A stretch of 64,000 nucleotides of DNA, taken from the NCBI GenBank assembly GCA_000165345.1, contig CM000436.1, positions 32,001-96,000 of the forward strand. The letters are read 5' to 3'. The notes below the pieces were generated by a model. The model made no database searches and was not told where the DNA came from. It was given only the letters and a program-made list of their open reading frames with translations. A program made the position numbers and the translations under genes. This document shows, in pieces, positions 1 to 10,538 of the stretch (position 1 is its first letter; each line of letters begins with the position of its first letter).

Positions 1-372
1 TCATCTTTGTAGAGGAACTTTTCTCCCACCTTGAGATGTTGAACTTGTCTTTATTTGAGAGTTCTACCTCCAAATTCTATTTTTTCCAGGCTTTTTTTCT
101 TAATTTATTTTTCAAAACTTTAAATCATATTCAGTTGTAGGCAATTCGGTACCCGCAATAAAAAAACATAAAAATTTACTTGGTCACTTTGAATCTTAAA
201 ATTTTAGTTGATTGAATAAATAAAAATTTTGAGAAATATAAAATATTTAAAAAATATAATTTGCATAGAGTGTAAAATAAATACGTCAACTTAGCTCAAA
301 AAACCAAATATTACAAGGTTAATATAAATATAATGCTTATAAAAAGAAAAAAAGAAAGTACAAAACAAAGAA

Positions 373-1722
373 CTATTCAGCTTTAACAAAAGAGTTATTC
401 AACTGGTAATCTTGGGTTTCCTCACCAATAAGCTTCTTAGTTTCCAAGATGAGATCCTGAACCTCTCTAATCTCTGGAAGAAATTCTTTATATTTTGAAG
501 CATGATAATTCTTCCTAATCATTTTAAAAGCTTCCAAACTGCTATAATACTTGTTAGTAAGTGGATCTAAATACTTGGCAGGAACGCCATAAACGCTACA
601 TATTGGTGGATAATTACCATCTTCCTTTTTGGCATGCAAATTAGTATTTGAATCCTTTTTTTGGTCTAAATGTTGAGGAATATTCCCATCAGTATATATA
701 ATCATCTCCCTACAATATTCATCACTATTAAGTATTTCATCAGAGTTGTTTTTTTCTGATTCCATAAGACGGTAAGATGACCAAGATATATAAATGTTAA
801 GAGAACCAGATTGTAGTTGTTTTCTTATACTAGCAGAAGTGTTGTCCAAATATCTTTTATGCTCTTCAAATGCCTCCAATTGATTTAAGCTTTCTATATT
901 CATTTTCTCAATTTCCTTGCAGGCTTCAAGTCTTTCTTCCTGAGTCATAACTGTTTTTGCTTGTTCTTTAGAAGTTGAACTCTTCTTTAATCTTTTTCTG
1001 TTTGTCCTGTCTTGGGCCTCCTCATCTCTCCTTTTAATGGATTCTTGTAAATCTTGCTTCTTTTGAGTTGTGGATGCTCTAACTGACATTGTTCTAGGTT
1101 CCAGCGCAGCTGGGCTCTTCTTCACAATACCAGTCTTCTTTATCCCGCTTGCTTTTTTCCTAGCCTTTTTAAGCATTTCCTTCTGAGCAGACTTTAAAAA
1201 TAATGATGGGTCCTTATACTTTCCGCTAAACATTCGTTTAGGTTTTTTAGGCTTTTTACCATCGATCACGTCATCATCATCGTCATCTTCCGCCATAGCC
1301 TCCATCTCCTCTTCCATCCCATCATCAGATTGGCTATCATTCTCAGAATCTGTGCTTGTGTCCTCACCTCCCAGTATCTCAAGCTCAACCTTCTCATCCT
1401 CTGAAGACCATCCACTGTCTTCCTCCTCTTCTTCCCATGTATCATGGCCCCAAAATTTAACATCTTTTTCCTCCTCTTCACCTAAAAGCTGTGTGTATCT
1501 TTTCCCTCTAGAAGCTCTCTCTGGAAGGACTTTTTTTTCTAATTCTTCATCCTCCTCACTACCTTCCTCACTGCTCTCATCACCCTCATCATCTGTAACC
1601 TCATCTTCAATTTCATCAATATTCATCTCAACTTCTCTAACATCTTCATCTACGTCATCTCCACTTGCCTCTCCCTCGTCAAAATCACAGTCATGATTAC
1701 TCTTTTGATATTCCTGAGTCAT
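373..1722 (-). CDS. VPS72/YL1-like protein (SWR1/H2A.Z chaperone family): acidic N-terminus, basic middle, YL1 C-terminal motif
   Basis: The ORF is 449 aa. Near the N-terminus, R-x-T-Q-L-L-G-EEEE-x-D-V-K-F-W resembles the VPS72 N-terminal box. This is followed by long D/E runs and a K/R-rich region. The C-terminus carries ...NYPPICSVYGVPAKYLDPLTNKYYSSLEAFK, matching the YL1_C pattern C-x-V/I-T-G-x-P-A-K-Y-x-D-P-x-T. An Ies6-like protein is an alternative. Confidence 0.55.
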   Translation of the reverse strand: MTQEYQKSNHDCDFDEGEASGDDVDEDVREVEMNIDEIEDEVTDDEGDESSEEGSEEDEELEKKVLPERASRGKRYTQLLGEEEEKDVKFWGHDTWEEEEEDSGWSSEDEKVELEILGGEDTSTDSENDSQSDDGMEEEMEAMAEDDDDDDVIDGKKPKKPKRMFSGKYKDPSLFLKSAQKEMLKKARKKASGIKKTGIVKKSPAALEPRTMSVRASTTQKKQDLQESIKRRDEEAQDRTNRKRLKKSSTSKEQAKTVMTQEERLEACKEIEKMNIESLNQLEAFEEHKRYLDNTSASIRKQLQSGSLNIYISWSSYRLMESEKNNSDEILNSDEYCREMIIYTDGNIPQHLDQKKDSNTNLHAKKEDGNYPPICSVYGVPAKYLDPLTNKYYSSLEAFKMIRKNYHASKYKEFLPEIREVQDLILETKKLIGEETQDYQLNNSFVKAE

Positions 1723-1761
1723 CCTTGTTATAAGTAATATTATTATTATAGACCAACAAGG

Positions 1762-1778
1762 GTGGCGCCTGCGCCAAT
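1762..1778. promoter_or_regulatory. E2F-like GC boxes (TGGCGCC / GCGCCAA) in the divergent promoter between the 373..1722(-) and 2481..5666(+) genes
   Basis: The sequence is gtggcgcctgcgccaatg, a GC island in AT-rich spacer. The same motif family recurs upstream of most genes in the window. Confidence 0.45.
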
Positions 1779-2480
1779 GTGCGTTTAGTCAACGACTTTT
1801 CATTTAGAAGCCACAAAAGTAGAAATAAATTCTGGAAAGCAACAAGGCAGCGAAAGAATAAAATTAGTGGATAATTTGCAATTAAATTTTAAAAGCTGTC
1901 AATTTTTCCAGTATTTGCAGCAATTTTAAGTCAAGAATTTAGTTAATGCCTTTGTGGGGAAAGAAGCGCAGTTTCGTAAAGTAGGTCTAAAGACTAAAAT
2001 AATAAGAAAATAACATCTTAGCATAAGTGAGAAACAGAGCTGGAATTGAAATTGATGTAATTAATTCTATCATAATTTCTATTTTTGAGAAGAAAACCTA
2101 GGAAAAAATTATAAATTTCTATTAATTATTCCGTATCTTACTAGTTAGTACCGCTAAAATTGGAAAGGGTTCAGCATGTAGGAAAACAGTTAGAGGGAAA
2201 CGGGGGTGAAAAGGAATAAATTAGTAAATGTCGTCGTAAATAAAGGATTGAATGAAAATTTTGAGAATTTTAAGATGAAATAATAACAATAATTGGTTTT
2301 TTTGACCTTACATAAACTCTTAAAGCTGGTGATTGAAATCATTATAAATAATTGTTTGTATATTGAATAGAATTGTTAACCTTTTGAAATGATAAGTTAT
2401 AACTGACCAGCTTGTTTAAAGAAAACAAAATATAAAAATAAAAAAGAAACTAAGAAAAATACTAACGCTTCTTTAATAGA

Positions 2481-5400
2481 ATGGGTGAGACTCCAGATAC
2501 TGGAAGTTCCAGTAAACAATATCTAGGCAATGAACTAGTATTAAACAGTGAAAATCAGCAATGGAATATTGAAAACACTACAGGACAAGATTCTGGAATT
2601 CACATTTTAAAACAAGGATGTTCTGCAAATTCTGATTTGAGAACAATTAACAAAGGATGCCAAATTGGACTGTATGGCTCGAATCCTTGTTCATATAGAG
2701 GGAACTACGAAAATATTGATAATAAACAGGATATTTGTATAAAAGGAGGAATTGATCAAAACAAGCAATTTGAAATCGTAAGTTCAGGATATGTGACCCC
2801 AAGAACGGAATATGTTTCTCAAACCCCAGAAGTATCGTCTTCTGGAGAGAATTACAGTTTCCATTCAGTCCAATCCCCAACAGGAATTGGTCTAAGTACA
2901 ACATATTTGAATTATAAAGCTTCTGCGCAGATATCTGAAGCTGATTTAACTTGCAGGATATACGGTGGTACAGCTAGTAATCATAACAGCAATGCCAACA
3001 GTCCCATTGATCCAAATAATACTCTAACTGGTTTGGTTCATAACACTGGAGAGGAGCTTAAATCCCCTTCAATTCCTCGAGCAGTTGAACAAGAATATTC
3101 CTATGGTAGTAATACTAGAAGAGAAAGGGTTTATTCGGATTATAGGGCTGCAACAGAGAAAGATGTTTGTTTGTACAATCTTGAGGAGTCCGCCAACCAC
3201 TCTGCTGTGATTGAAGTTTCGGAGGATGGTGGAGTTAGAGGAAATGATACCGGATTTGGTGCTGGAATTGGAGTTGGAGCTCTTTCTGAAACTGGAAATG
3301 GGTTCAAGTCTCTACCAACTAATTATCATTATAACAATTATTATTGTAATTCAAACTCTATACAACCTTGCATTGAGCCCTCAGAAGGCTCTTCAACGTA
3401 TATTTACGGCGTCTCAGATGTTAATAGAGAGGTAAATTGCTCCTACCAGCCAGCTTTCGCTGAATATGTTGAATATAATGCTCCAAAAACTGGTAGCTAC
3501 GTAAACGATGAGGTTAGGGCTAAATCGTGTACAGAGTCTATACGAGAAAATGTGCATAGTGTAGGAGGGATCATATCTTATGGCCAAAATGCCAATAATT
3601 ACACGGAAAATCATTGTAATTACTATCCAATTTACGGAAGTTCCACCCCTCCTTCCCACCTTAGCCCTAACCATCAAACAATTCAAATTGCCCCGCTAAG
3701 AGGAATAGACCTCAATTCTGAGAATGTTTCTCAGTATCAAACTGAGCAAATCAATGAAACCTATGAAAGATTTGTGCATACAAGCATGCCAACAGCAGGA
3801 AGGGTATCAGGAGTCACTGGTTTGCCTGCTCCTCCGACTTTAGCCACTCCTCCAGGTTTGGCAACACCTCCGAGTGTCCCAGTACTGCCTGGAATTAATG
3901 GATTCCATGCAACTATTATTACAAATTCTCTCCATGGCTTCACAACGTATCAAGTTGGAGCAGGTCAAATTGATAATGCAGATGAACACTTTGCAAGAAA
4001 GCGAAGAAGACCAGGAACCGTTGGGAATGATCGAAACTTTTATATCGTAGACTTCATTTGTGAGATTCCTGTGAATATCAAGACCTTGTTTATGAAAATT
4101 GTGAAAGAATCCGCAGAAGGATCAAGGATCCTCAGAGAATTCTCCCTAGGGTCTCTTGCTATGAGAAGATCTGGAAACCTTACTCCAACCGTAATAAAAT
4201 GCTTCTTCCACAGCTACAGAGATGGAATCTCAAGACTTCAGTGCAAGTCAAAACGCCATGAGGGACGCCCGTTTTTATTTGTAATTAATGAGACAAAGCT
4301 ATCGCGACCATGGGTTTTTTGTCCAAATATTAAGTGCATTAAGAGAGCAAAAAGCTCTGGTAAATTGAAAGGAAGGATCAAAGTGTACGAGTATTGTCCA
4401 GGATCAGATAAGATGATCTTATCTCCAAGGTTCTTGAAATGTGCGAGAGGTTTTTTAACATCAGACTACTACTTTTGTGCAACCCTATGTCCTCAACAAA
4501 AGTATGCAGATCATGAATCCAATTTCTGGGGGGAAGACTTTACTACAGGATTTGGTGGAAATCTAATTCAAGAAACTCTTACTAGTGAGACTGAAAACGG
4601 AGGAAGTGGCCTCGCTCTTGCTGATTACATTCTCTTTTGTAATTCAAAGCACCAATTTGTAGCCACTTTTCGTAGATTCTCTATTGGCGCCAGACCAAAA
4701 ACTCCCCCCGTAAAGAATTCCTCCTACGTAAATACGAGCTCTCCTGATGAGATCTTTGGTGATGAAGCTGAAATATGCCTTGTCAACATTATGACTTCTG
4801 TAATCCGTAGTCTTGAAGGTTCCAATGAACCTACAATATATACTTCAACTGACAAATTTATTCAGGAAGTCTCGATAAATCCTGGAGGAGCAACAATTAC
4901 CCAACCCAACAGTTATAATAGACAAATCATGCAAACAATTAATCCTAGGGATTACCCATTTGGGAATCCATCCAGAGGAAATAATATTTCAACTGAACCT
5001 GATGAAACTAATCTTGTTGGGACAAACTCGGAATCTACATTAAGAAGGAGGGCTGAAGGAATTGTAGCATCAAGCAAATGGAATGAGAGTCCTAACTCTT
5101 CCCTTTCTGGAGCTCAAGGTTTTCAACAACTTTCTGATCCCAGTGGAGGGCAATATATCTATAATTCAGAGGACTTTGTCGGAGTTAAGAAGGATGAGAG
5201 AGCGAGCATATATGTTCCGAGTTCGAGTTTGGAAATTGAAGATCCGTTTTCGAATAAGCTTGAAACTTATTCTACAGGTTATACTGATGAAGACTCATTT
5301 TCTACTTTTAATGATTCTGGAGCCCAATTATCTTTTAGTTTTGATCCACAGGATGCCTTAGTTGTTGAGTCATCCACTAATTGGGTTTTAGATGTTTTGC

Positions 5401-5666
5401 TCAATAAGACATCAGAAAATCAGACCTATACACAGAATCAGATTCAAAATCCCCAAGGCTTACAATCTCATCAGCATAGAAATTTCTCAAATGACTTAAC
5501 TCCATTTGATCATTCTTATGATACTTCAACACTTAAGAATCAGAGCAACTCCACTATGAGCGCTAACCAGAATCCTAATATTGTTGACAATCTTGTAACT
5601 AATAACGATGGATTTGATTACGAAAATGAAAACATCTCTACAGGAAATGACAATAATTCCTATTGA
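2481..5666 (+). CDS. Large hypothetical protein (1061 aa), S/N/Y/T-rich low complexity with a Cys/basic-rich central globular region; function unknown
   Basis: The ORF is long and uninterrupted. Near the N-terminus, NQQWNIENTTGQDSGIHILKQGC is a ricin-B-like QxW/beta-trefoil-like hint. A PAPPTLATPPGLATPPSVP proline repeat is present. The central segment RKRRRPGTVGNDRNFYIVDFICEIP...CPNIKCIKRAKSSG...YEYCPGSDK... looks globular. No N-terminal signal peptide is apparent. Confidence 0.5.
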   Translation: MGETPDTGSSSKQYLGNELVLNSENQQWNIENTTGQDSGIHILKQGCSANSDLRTINKGCQIGLYGSNPCSYRGNYENIDNKQDICIKGGIDQNKQFEIVSSGYVTPRTEYVSQTPEVSSSGENYSFHSVQSPTGIGLSTTYLNYKASAQISEADLTCRIYGGTASNHNSNANSPIDPNNTLTGLVHNTGEELKSPSIPRAVEQEYSYGSNTRRERVYSDYRAATEKDVCLYNLEESANHSAVIEVSEDGGVRGNDTGFGAGIGVGALSETGNGFKSLPTNYHYNNYYCNSNSIQPCIEPSEGSSTYIYGVSDVNREVNCSYQPAFAEYVEYNAPKTGSYVNDEVRAKSCTESIRENVHSVGGIISYGQNANNYTENHCNYYPIYGSSTPPSHLSPNHQTIQIAPLRGIDLNSENVSQYQTEQINETYERFVHTSMPTAGRVSGVTGLPAPPTLATPPGLATPPSVPVLPGINGFHATIITNSLHGFTTYQVGAGQIDNADEHFARKRRRPGTVGNDRNFYIVDFICEIPVNIKTLFMKIVKESAEGSRILREFSLGSLAMRRSGNLTPTVIKCFFHSYRDGISRLQCKSKRHEGRPFLFVINETKLSRPWVFCPNIKCIKRAKSSGKLKGRIKVYEYCPGSDKMILSPRFLKCARGFLTSDYYFCATLCPQQKYADHESNFWGEDFTTGFGGNLIQETLTSETENGGSGLALADYILFCNSKHQFVATFRRFSIGARPKTPPVKNSSYVNTSSPDEIFGDEAEICLVNIMTSVIRSLEGSNEPTIYTSTDKFIQEVSINPGGATITQPNSYNRQIMQTINPRDYPFGNPSRGNNISTEPDETNLVGTNSESTLRRRAEGIVASSKWNESPNSSLSGAQGFQQLSDPSGGQYIYNSEDFVGVKKDERASIYVPSSSLEIEDPFSNKLETYSTGYTDEDSFSTFNDSGAQLSFSFDPQDALVVESSTNWVLDVLLNKTSENQTYTQNQIQNPQGLQSHQHRNFSNDLTPFDHSYDTSTLKNQSNSTMSANQNPNIVDNLVTNNDGFDYENENISTGNDNNSY

Positions 5667-5905
5667 GTAATTAATTGTCTCATTCTTGACGGAATTCAGT
5701 CCAACTTTGATCTTGTGGTTACACAAATGCCAAAAGCGAGGATAAGCTAAAGCGTCTGGCACTTCCTATCAACATCTCAGTAAATAATAATCAACATGCA
5801 GATCACCTTACGCTATTTAAATTCAAATACATACTTATTAAGCCAGCATTTTTCTCAATCCTCAGGCTTTGAAGATGTTACAAATTACCTATAACTATTA
5901 CAATT

Positions 5906-5927
5906 ATATATATATATATATATATAT
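5906..5927. repeat. (TA)n microsatellite
   Basis: A tatatatatatatatatatata run lies in the intergenic spacer. Confidence 0.8.
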
Positions 5928-6597
5928 AAATATATACATCCTTACAATTGTCGCCTTGTATGCTATATTAGCCATATTTATCAATCTTCAATCGAATATT
6001 TGCAAAGTAGAAAATCAATAGAGCAACTCTCTGATCTCCTGGATATTCTATTGTAGTTTGATTAATGGACGCTTTGATAGTAGAAAATGGGATTATTAAT
6101 TATATCTTTCAATCAATGTTCATTTGTATCTCTTTTTTTTGTCTGATCTATTTGTTTCCCGAAAGGTAGTTTCTTTTAGGTTGGTTATATATATTAATGT
6201 TTGTCTTGATATTTATTGCAAATTTGTTCAGGTAAAATAGCCAAGTACATATTACATAATCTTATTCCTCGAATACAGTTTCATATTCATAGTTCTCGTC
6301 TCAAATAGTTCTAGAAAGCTACTATTACATATTATTACAATTATTACAGTAACAAATTTGGTTTTTACTGCTAATACTATTTTGAAACTATTATAACTCA
6401 ATTACTATTTGAAAGTGTCGTTACCAGACCCTAAATCTAGAGTTACTACTACTTCCTAGAGCTCCTCCAAATAGTGCTCAATGATGCTTTAACCCCTATT
6501 AACTTAATAAGCATCCCTTCTCATCTTTCCCCCACTCTCTAATCTTTAAGATTAACTGTTTATTTTGAAAACGACTCTCATTACAATTGAATTGAGA

Positions 6598-6611
6598 GTC
6601 ACCGCCAAAAC
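6598..6611. promoter_or_regulatory. E2F-like box (tcaccgccaaaac, reverse complement of GTTTTGGCGGTGA) about 310 bp upstream of the 6922 gene
   Basis: GC motif in AT-rich spacer, matching the TTTGGCGG family recurring across the window. Confidence 0.4.
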
Positions 6612-6921
6612 TTATAACTGGTACCGGGTACATAAAAATAACAAGAAATTATTTGAGTAAAAAAAAATCCTCAGAATATAACTGGTAGATAATTAATTAA
6701 CCCACACTGACACACATCGTACTGCAAAGTTATATATAATCAAAATAGAGGAAAAATCTCTATTTTATGTGATATTGAAGCTACAAAAAGTAGCAGTTTT
6801 ATTTAGTATTGCTTTCAGAATTTGTAAATAAATTGCTATTTTCAACCAGAAATATTAGCTTAAGCAGAATTTTAATGGAAATAAATATCAGAACTAGAGT
6901 TTGATGGATTAATTATTTAAA

Positions 6922-8388
6922 ATGTTTCAAAAAATCCTTACTTTTACTACCCTATTAATCTCTCTCTTAATCATATACATTAATGTTTCATGGAGTAACA
7001 AATACATTACCCCAGAAAAATTTTCTGAAACACACCCAGACTCAGCTATGATGAAGTTAGTTTCTCCTGAAAATAGTGTTCCAATAGATATTCCTGATTT
7101 ACCAGCCTCAAACATTACAAAAAAATACTGTCCTATTTATGGGCTTAATATGAAGGGACTATTTTGTTTGGGATGGAATAGTATTAAGATTAAAAAGGCT
7201 GATTCTTGGCAAGAATGTGCATCTCTTTGTATGGACTATGTTGCATTCTTCTTTATTAAGTGTAAGAAATGGAGCTATGATGTAGAAAAAAAGAAATGTT
7301 TGATCAAAAGTGGGGATAGATTATGCAAGTACCCTGATGAAAATTATATATCAGGTCTAAAAAATGCTTCGGAGGTTGGTCCTTGCTCTACTACATGCAA
7401 AGTTGGCGACTGGAGTGCTTGGACTCCTTGTAGTTCTTATTGTGCTGGAATCACTCAAAGAGTAAGACATGTCATTAGATCTCCAGTTTATAAGTCTGAA
7501 ATCTGCCCAAGGTTGATTGAAACCGCTATGTGCAAGGGAAGTCCTGATTGTCCTTCAAATTGTCCAAATTACCATGTGGTTGGTCTTGGATGGGGATGTA
7601 AGGTAGAAATGAATAGAGGAGGTGGAACAATGAGAAAATATGTTAATACTTGGCATGAGTGTCTTGGCCTTTGCAAAATTACTGAGAATTGTACTTATTG
7701 GTCATTCCAAGGGATCTCTGGAGTTGAAACTTGTTTATTAGTTATTGGTGAGGTTGGATGTACATATCACGCTCTTGGATGGATATCTGGAGATGTTAAT
7801 GTTGTTGCAATAGATTGTCCCGTCAAATGTTTTGTAGGTGAATGGTCTAACTGGTCAAAATGTCCAAATGACGATGTTTGTACACAAAACTCCATGTCAA
7901 AGAGAAGTAGGCCTCTTATTTCTACTCCTCCAGATATGAATCAAAAAATGTGTCCTCACCTTACTGAGAGCATAATGTGCGAATGTGCTACAAAAATTAC
8001 AAGAAATACAGCCTTTGATGACTATAATAGAAACTTAATCTCCTACAATAACTCTACTACTCAAGATTCTCTTCAAAATGATCCAGAAATTAGAGCAATG
8101 TCAGCATCGGCTAATAGAATGTCTAGGTCTAAAATGGGAGCATACTCAACTGAAAACCTTCTTAAAAACCTTTATTTTGATTTTAGAGAAAACTATCAAA
8201 TTTTAAATGATCAAAATCATTCATATCCTAGAACGCAAGTTGATGAAGAAAGTCAGAACGAAGATTTTACATTGAGAAAGGGAATAGATAACTCATATGA
8301 TATTCACTTTGCTCTATCATCGTACTTGCTTGGAGTTAACTATACAAACTTCCGAAATTCTACATTAGATCCAAATTTGTTCAACTAA
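6922..8388 (+). CDS. Secreted cysteine-rich adhesin-like protein with Apple/PAN domains and thrombospondin type 1 (TSP1) repeats
   Basis: The N-terminal signal peptide is MFQKILTFTTLLISLLIIYINVSWS. TSP1 signatures are CKVGDWSAWTPCSSYCAGITQRVRHV and CFVGEWSNWSKCPND. Apple/PAN-like cysteine patterns are WQECASLCMDYVAFFFIKCKKWSYDVEKKKCLIK and WHECLGLCKITENCTYWSF. No C-terminal transmembrane segment is present. Confidence 0.8.
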   Translation: MFQKILTFTTLLISLLIIYINVSWSNKYITPEKFSETHPDSAMMKLVSPENSVPIDIPDLPASNITKKYCPIYGLNMKGLFCLGWNSIKIKKADSWQECASLCMDYVAFFFIKCKKWSYDVEKKKCLIKSGDRLCKYPDENYISGLKNASEVGPCSTTCKVGDWSAWTPCSSYCAGITQRVRHVIRSPVYKSEICPRLIETAMCKGSPDCPSNCPNYHVVGLGWGCKVEMNRGGGTMRKYVNTWHECLGLCKITENCTYWSFQGISGVETCLLVIGEVGCTYHALGWISGDVNVVAIDCPVKCFVGEWSNWSKCPNDDVCTQNSMSKRSRPLISTPPDMNQKMCPHLTESIMCECATKITRNTAFDDYNRNLISYNNSTTQDSLQNDPEIRAMSASANRMSRSKMGAYSTENLLKNLYFDFRENYQILNDQNHSYPRTQVDEESQNEDFTLRKGIDNSYDIHFALSSYLLGVNYTNFRNSTLDPNLFN

Positions 8389-8750
8389 AGTTTAAATGTG
8401 GAGCATCTACATTTTTTTGAGCTTAATATTTTTAATATTAATTTTGTTAATGTTAATTAAGATAATTCAAAAAAAAGTGTATTAAACCACGCTGATAACT
8501 TACTTCCAAGTTAATAGATTATTCAAGGGAACAAATCTTCCCATTACTAACTTTATTATCTCTTGGGAGCAAACACCTGAAATATATGAAGATGTCACAA
8601 ATTCTTCTTTTATCTCAAAGCTAGAATAATTTTGTTTAAAGAAATAGAAAAGTTAATAAATGTTTATAATTAAATAGAGATTCCCCAAATTCTGTTCGCA
8701 CTTTTTTTTATAAATTTTGTATAAATCTATAGTGTTTATTTTAAACCAAC

Positions 8751-10280
8751 TTACCTCTGAATAAAATCAGGGGGTATTTGTATATATTCTAATCTTAATG
8801 ACTTTAGATAATTTTGAAAATTTGTTTTAATTTCTTCAGAATCTTTAATTAATCCTTTATCAATATGGATATAGTCCAAGAAGTCTAGAAATAAAAACTC
8901 TATAAGCTGGGACTCTTGAGAAATATCTTCCAAAAAAACTTCCACAAGTCTTTCTGTTAGAGCTGGATCCACATTACTAATTTTGTTATGTATTTCTCCC
9001 CACCTAAAGGATGTATTTTTGAATTCTATGAATCTTAAACAGTATAAATGTCTACAAACAAATTGAACCAATTCGTCAGAGATATTGAGATCGAAATCAG
9101 AATTGGAGATATTCATTTTTCCAGTATTACTATTAGAAATCCGGGAAACGTCCAAAGTATACTGCTCATGAAATATCTTTTGGAGTTGAAGATAAGAAAC
9201 AGTTTCACAATGCATTTCTGGTAGCTCTTTGTTGACAGGAAGTCTTCCAAAGTCGTTCAGAAACTTGTAAATCCAACTTAACACTATTTGATATTTTACA
9301 TTAATAGTAGAAAAAGATCTTTTATTTAAAGAAAACTGGCCATTAAAATTACTATACAATTTCTGAGATTCAAGTAATTGAAATATTTGATCTCCAAGAA
9401 GATCTTCAGGATCTGAAAACACCAAATATTGATATCTTTTTGCTTCAATATAATTTGGAAAATCATAATCTTTTAGAATTTGTTCCAAACTATCTTTAAA
9501 TCTCTTTTTGAGATTCTCTCGATCCATCCCAAACTCCGATCCTCGAAACAAACCGGCATTTAACCCAATATAAACCAACAATATTGGAAATGGTATTTTA
9601 GACAAAAAATCATTTAATCCAGATGAGCTATCTTCCAACTCTTTAAAATCAATTTCAGAAGCAAGATTGATTAATGATTCAATTGGCTTAAAAAGCTGAA
9701 GTCCGTGAAGCTTTGCAAGGTTCTTGCTTTCAGCAGAAAGATCAAAAGTTACATACATTTGATTTGTACTAAACACCTGATATTGTCCAAGTTCGCCCCT
9801 TGACTTGAGGCTTATTATAAAACAACTTGAGATTCCTTGACCATTTTTCGCCAAATTGTACACATTTTCAACAATATTACCAGGGAGATTACAACAAACA
9901 ACTACGCTGTACTCTAAAGGATGGGAGTTTAGAGGTTCGTTCATGAGAGTCTCCAAATATTTTTCTGGAGACTCCAATACACATTTAATTCTGATATTAA
10001 CTTGCAGACTTAACAAAAAATCTTTTAGTAGATATATTTTGGGCTGATTTACAATGTTTGTTTTCTCACCATCAAGGCTAAGGCATACACCATAATCTTC
10101 CTCAGTAGCGATTTGGCAGTCCACCAATACTATCTCTCCAATTCCGGAAGATGCTAACGAGATTGCCAATTCTGAGGTTAATATAGAAGACGACCCTAAA
10201 ATTAATATTTTAGAGTTTTTTAAAGCTTCTTCCCCCACTACACCCCATATAAGTCTTTCTCTAGACCTAAATTGGTCCAT
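8751..10280 (-). CDS. Ubiquitin-like activating enzyme E1 regulatory-subunit-like protein (NEDD8 E1 ULA1/APPBP1-like; Aos1-like is the alternative)
   Basis: The ORF is 509 aa. The N-terminus FRSRERLIWGVVGEEALKNSKILILGSSSILTSELAISLASSGIGEIVLVDCQIATEEDYG matches the ThiF/E1 fold start of APPBP1/SAE1 (YDRQLRLWG..GQEAL...G.G.......D...V...D). The length fits ULA1 better than Aos1. Confidence 0.55.
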   Translation of the reverse strand: MDQFRSRERLIWGVVGEEALKNSKILILGSSSILTSELAISLASSGIGEIVLVDCQIATEEDYGVCLSLDGEKTNIVNQPKIYLLKDFLLSLQVNIRIKCVLESPEKYLETLMNEPLNSHPLEYSVVVCCNLPGNIVENVYNLAKNGQGISSCFIISLKSRGELGQYQVFSTNQMYVTFDLSAESKNLAKLHGLQLFKPIESLINLASEIDFKELEDSSSGLNDFLSKIPFPILLVYIGLNAGLFRGSEFGMDRENLKKRFKDSLEQILKDYDFPNYIEAKRYQYLVFSDPEDLLGDQIFQLLESQKLYSNFNGQFSLNKRSFSTINVKYQIVLSWIYKFLNDFGRLPVNKELPEMHCETVSYLQLQKIFHEQYTLDVSRISNSNTGKMNISNSDFDLNISDELVQFVCRHLYCLRFIEFKNTSFRWGEIHNKISNVDPALTERLVEVFLEDISQESQLIEFLFLDFLDYIHIDKGLIKDSEEIKTNFQNYLKSLRLEYIQIPPDFIQR

Positions 10281-10538
10281 TATAGTGCTTTTTTATCCTT
10301 CTTTATTGTTTGCAGTACTCTTAGTTTTTTCCTTTTCTCCTAGGCTTTTAGGAAACACTATTTTTTAAATTAACTCTAGTAGGAATAAACCTGTTTTCTA
10401 AAAATATTTTCTCAAACGTTTTGATCACACTTTCTCTCTCTAGTGTGCCTCATTTTAAGATTTTTTACGAAACTTTTAATTCTCTCTAATTCAGCTCTGC
10501 CTGTTCCTTCATCTTGAATAATCATAATTAAACAACTG

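Noticed and set aside
1352-1696. 114-aa Ser-rich ORF on the + strand (and a 71-aa ORF at 1266..1481) inside the acidic YL1-like gene
   Set aside because: It is an antisense or alternate-frame artefact of the GAA/GAT-rich acidic repeats of the minus-strand gene. The composition is low-complexity and it has no independent promoter box.
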